DNA of 64,000 nt, from the NCBI RefSeq assembly GCF_963921235.1, contig NC_086097.1:13144001-13208000 (forward strand), read 5' to 3'. Source of the DNA: Mobula hypostoma (taxonomy: Eukaryota). The notes under the pieces were generated by a model. It was not told where the DNA came from, ran no database searches, and worked only from the letters and a program-made list of their open reading frames with translations. Below are positions 63,201 to 64,000 of this stretch, piece after piece. The translations under genes were made by a program, and so were the position numbers. Position 1 is the first letter of the stretch, and every line of letters begins with the position of its first letter.

Positions 63201-64000
63201 TTAATAAGTTACTGAGTAGCGATCAGCACAGAACCAGTTCTAATTCCAAGATTTGCCTGGTCCAATACAGCAGTTTGAATTTTAAAGAGATTTTCCTGTG
63301 GAGCCAAAGAACACAAAAGAACACTAGAAAATGGGAGCAGGAGTAAGCCCTCATGATCGGTCTGCCTGGCCTGCCATTCAGTGAGGTCCTGGATCACCTG
63401 CGCCAGCCTCAACTTCTCTTCAGAGTCAGTTCCCTGCAACCCTCAATACCTCAAAACTTAGAGAAAGGATAAATGATCATAAACAAATGGGAGAGGTTGG
63501 CTTCCAGCAAAAAAAAATGTAGTTAGCATTTCGTTGCTTTCTAGATTGGATTAATGATACTGATTGATTTTTGTTAGAGGCGTTTAAGGCTTTATAATTT
63601 GTACCAATATTCAGTGATGCAGACCATAATGATGGCTGTTATACGCAACAAGCCTGGGGGCAGGGCCTCATCAGCTGTCAATGCCATTCTGTACGTACAG
63701 TTTCACGCCTGCACTGAGACAGTCCTAATGTTGCACTGGGAAGAGCTCTGGTTTAAAAGCTATGAAAAAGCCACACAAGGATGGGCTGCAGTCTTGAGCC
63801 AAGAGGACCTCTGGCGTGATTTTTTGGATTTCCACTTTTTACTAACTTTAGAAATGTTTTTCTTTTTCTCTGTTTTTAGTCTTGGGGTGCAGGCCCACAT
63901 GATTGTCTGTACTGAAAGCCAGTTACCACAGATCTTCCCATTCTCTCAGTCCATTAACGTCCCTTTGTAATTTAACTCTTCCAAATGCACTGCATATAAT

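Noticed and set aside
1..64000. CRISPR arrays, operons or retron-like RT systems
   Set aside because: The DNA is vertebrate-like, all RTs are non-LTR retrotransposon types, and there is no regularly spaced repeat-spacer array.

Overview
This is eukaryotic, repeat-saturated DNA with no recognisable host protein-coding gene or structural RNA gene, so it is most likely a large intron or intergenic region. The repeat mix (HER1-type CR1 LINEs, V-domain HE1-type SINEs, Penelope-like ends, Rex1/Babar LINEs) points to a cartilaginous fish, probably a ray; this is an inference. Every long ORF is retrotransposon-derived or a microsatellite artefact. Main observations: (1) many Penelope-like element ends carry a minimal hammerhead ribozyme motif, and several form fold-back palindromes; (2) one small V-SINE has been expanded to about 8 kb by nested insertions (a CR1, a solo LTR with a GTGAC TSD, and further CR1s inside the LTR); (3) two young, near-identical CR1 copies have complementary inactivating lesions; (4) there are relics of two restriction-like-endonuclease clades (HERO-like and R4/Dong-like); (5) a solo-LTR-like insert has non-canonical CG...CG termini; (6) a few unique islands look like enhancers. 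I found no convincing new multi-gene system. Family names come from recalled motifs, not database searches, and many boundaries are approximate.
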